This document shows positions 31,616 to 32,914 of a DNA stretch of 32,914 bases, one piece after another (within the stretch, counting starts at the first letter, position 1; each line of letters starts with the position of its first letter). Both the position numbers and the translations under genes were made by a program. Source of the stretch: a virus (taxonomy: Duplodnaviria > Caudoviricetes); the IMG/VR virus record IMGVR_UViG_3300043493_000106, positions 1 to 32,914 of that record, one strand, 5' to 3'. A model generated the notes under the pieces. The model was not told where the DNA came from. It made no database searches and saw nothing but the letters and a program-made list of their open reading frames with translations.

Positions 31616-32914
31616 TCTGCGCGGTTACCAGAACCGCGTCATCAAGCACCTCTACGAGCACGACAGCGCGCTGGCCGTGCTCAAGATCGGCGCCGGGAAA
31701 ACCATTAGCACGTTAACAGCTATCGAGGAGCTGATCGGCGACGCCGTCATCCGCCACGCCCTGATCATCGCCCCCAAGCGGGTGGCGACATCGGTATGGC
31801 CCAGGGAGATCGGCGACTGGGCGCACACGCGCCATCTCAAGTTCGCCGTGCTCGACCGCACGCCGGCGCACCGCAAGCTGGTGCTCGAGCAGGCGCACAC
31901 GCGCCAGATCACCATCGTCGGCATCGACAATGTGCAGTGGCTATGCGAGCAGCTGAACAACGTCCAGGCCGAGAACCCGATCTTCGACTGCCTGGTGATC
32001 GACGAGACGTCGAAGCTCAAGGACCCCAAGTCGAAGCGCGCCAAGGCGCTGGCCAAGATCGCCGGGCGCTTCAAGAATCGCTGGGGGCTGACCGGGACGC
32101 CCGCCCCGAACTCGCTGCTCGACCTTTACACGCCGCTCAAGATCATCACCGCCGGCAAGCTGTGGCCGGGCGGCTTCTACAGGTGGCAGAAGCAGCATTT
32201 CTACCCGATCGATCGCAACGGCTATCAATGGCGGGTGCTGCCCGGCCATGAGGCGATCATCCAGGCCGACGCGGCGACGGTGTCGATCGCGCTCGGCGAG
32301 GGTGAGATGCCGGACCTCCCGGAACTGTCGATCCTGGTCGACGAGGTCACGCTGCCGGACGCCGCGCGGTCGGTCTACAACCAGATGGAGAGCCGGCTGT
32401 TCGCCGACCTGGACGACGCTGATATCCTGGCGGTGAGCCAGGCGGTGGCGTCGGGCAAGTGCAGCCAGGCGGCGAACGGCTTCATGTATGACGAGGCGGG
32501 GGCCGCCGGCGCGCACGCGCTGCACGCCGAAAAGGAGCTATGGATCTCGGAACTTGTCGATGACCTGCAGGGTGAGCCGCTCATCGTCATATACGAGTTT
32601 CACGAGGACCTCGCCATGCTGCGCCGCCAGTTCGGCGATCTCCCTTACCTCGGCGCTGGGGTGAGCGACGCACAGGCGAACCAGCATATCGATGCTTGGA
32701 ACCGGCGCGAACTCCCACTTCTCGCGCTGCACCCGGCCTCCGGTGGCCATGGCCTGAATCTCCAGTATGGCGGCTCGCGCATGGCGTGGATCGCGCCGAC
32801 GTGGTCGGCGGAACTTTGGGACCAGGCGATCGGCCGCATCCATCGGCCAGGTCAGAATGCCCATGTCATGATCCATGTCTGTGTTGCCAGGAACACGGTT
32901 GACGAACTCAAAAG
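31599..32914 (+). CDS. SNF2-family (SF2) DNA helicase, 3'-truncated by the window
   Basis: Not in the ORF track (no stop). MRLKSDLRGYQ, GAGKT, IIAPKRVA, VIDETS, LTGTPAPN, HPASGGHGLNLQYGG, QAIGRIHRPGQ. Confidence 0.93.
   Translation, partial: MRLKSDLRGYQNRVIKHLYEHDSALAVLKIGAGKTISTLTAIEELIGDAVIRHALIIAPKRVATSVWPREIGDWAHTRHLKFAVLDRTPAHRKLVLEQAHTRQITIVGIDNVQWLCEQLNNVQAENPIFDCLVIDETSKLKDPKSKRAKALAKIAGRFKNRWGLTGTPAPNSLLDLYTPLKIITAGKLWPGGFYRWQKQHFYPIDRNGYQWRVLPGHEAIIQADAATVSIALGEGEMPDLPELSILVDEVTLPDAARSVYNQMESRLFADLDDADILAVSQAVASGKCSQAANGFMYDEAGAAGAHALHAEKELWISELVDDLQGEPLIVIYEFHEDLAMLRRQFGDLPYLGAGVSDAQANQHIDAWNRRELPLLALHPASGGHGLNLQYGGSRMAWIAPTWSAELWDQAIGRIHRPGQNAHVMIHVCVARNTVDELK

Larger units (their letters stand above)
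1..32914. mobile_element. Tailed dsDNA phage or prophage segment (podovirus-like virion module plus APSE/BPP-1-like replication module)
   Basis: Terminase, portal, scaffold, capsid, adaptor, tail fibre, Prim-Pol, PolA and SNF2 helicase genes lie in two divergent, tightly packed arms with many ATGA/TGATG overlaps; no host housekeeping genes. Confidence 0.97.

Noticed and set aside
1-32914. tRNA/rRNA genes, diversity-generating retroelement, introns or inteins, IS elements
   Set aside because: No cloverleaf, reverse transcriptase, transposase or interrupted core gene was recognised by eye; tRNAscan and Infernal would be needed to exclude small RNAs formally.

Overview
The whole window is a GC-rich, densely packed segment of a tailed dsDNA (podovirus-like) phage or prophage. 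Promoter shapes suggest an alphaproteobacterial host (inference). No host genes, integrase, repressor or lysis genes are visible. The minus-strand arm (1-22482) runs, in transcription order: VRR-NUC nuclease, Prim-Pol/helicase followed by an iteron-like origin, small early genes (including a Cys-rich Gp88-like protein), terminase small subunit, a ~0.5 kb structured non-coding region, an Acb2/Tad1-like protein and other small ORFs, terminase large subunit, portal, scaffold, a CsrA-like protein, N4-gp56-type major capsid, cement protein, three very basic proteins, an Ig/HhH fusion, head-tail adaptors and the start of a tail fibre. The plus-strand arm (22572-end) carries small early genes (a metzincin-motif lipoprotein, DUF932), then an APSE/BPP-1-like replication module (DUF2800 nuclease, SSB, PolA, SNF2 helicase) interrupted by two ParB-like genes and a DUF550 gene. 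The best leads are: (1) a phage CsrA-like gene directly upstream of a capsid leader that carries two GGA CsrA-type sites; (2) six tandem, strand-specific C-GNA-G DNA mini-hairpins behind terS; (3) an Acb2/Tad1-like sponge gene with a switch-like leader; (4) a two-ParB cassette plus a DUF550 gene that carries a second copy of the helicase N-terminus; (5) anti-SD-loop and 7-nt-repeat translational control elements. All family names come from motif recognition by eye, not from database searches.
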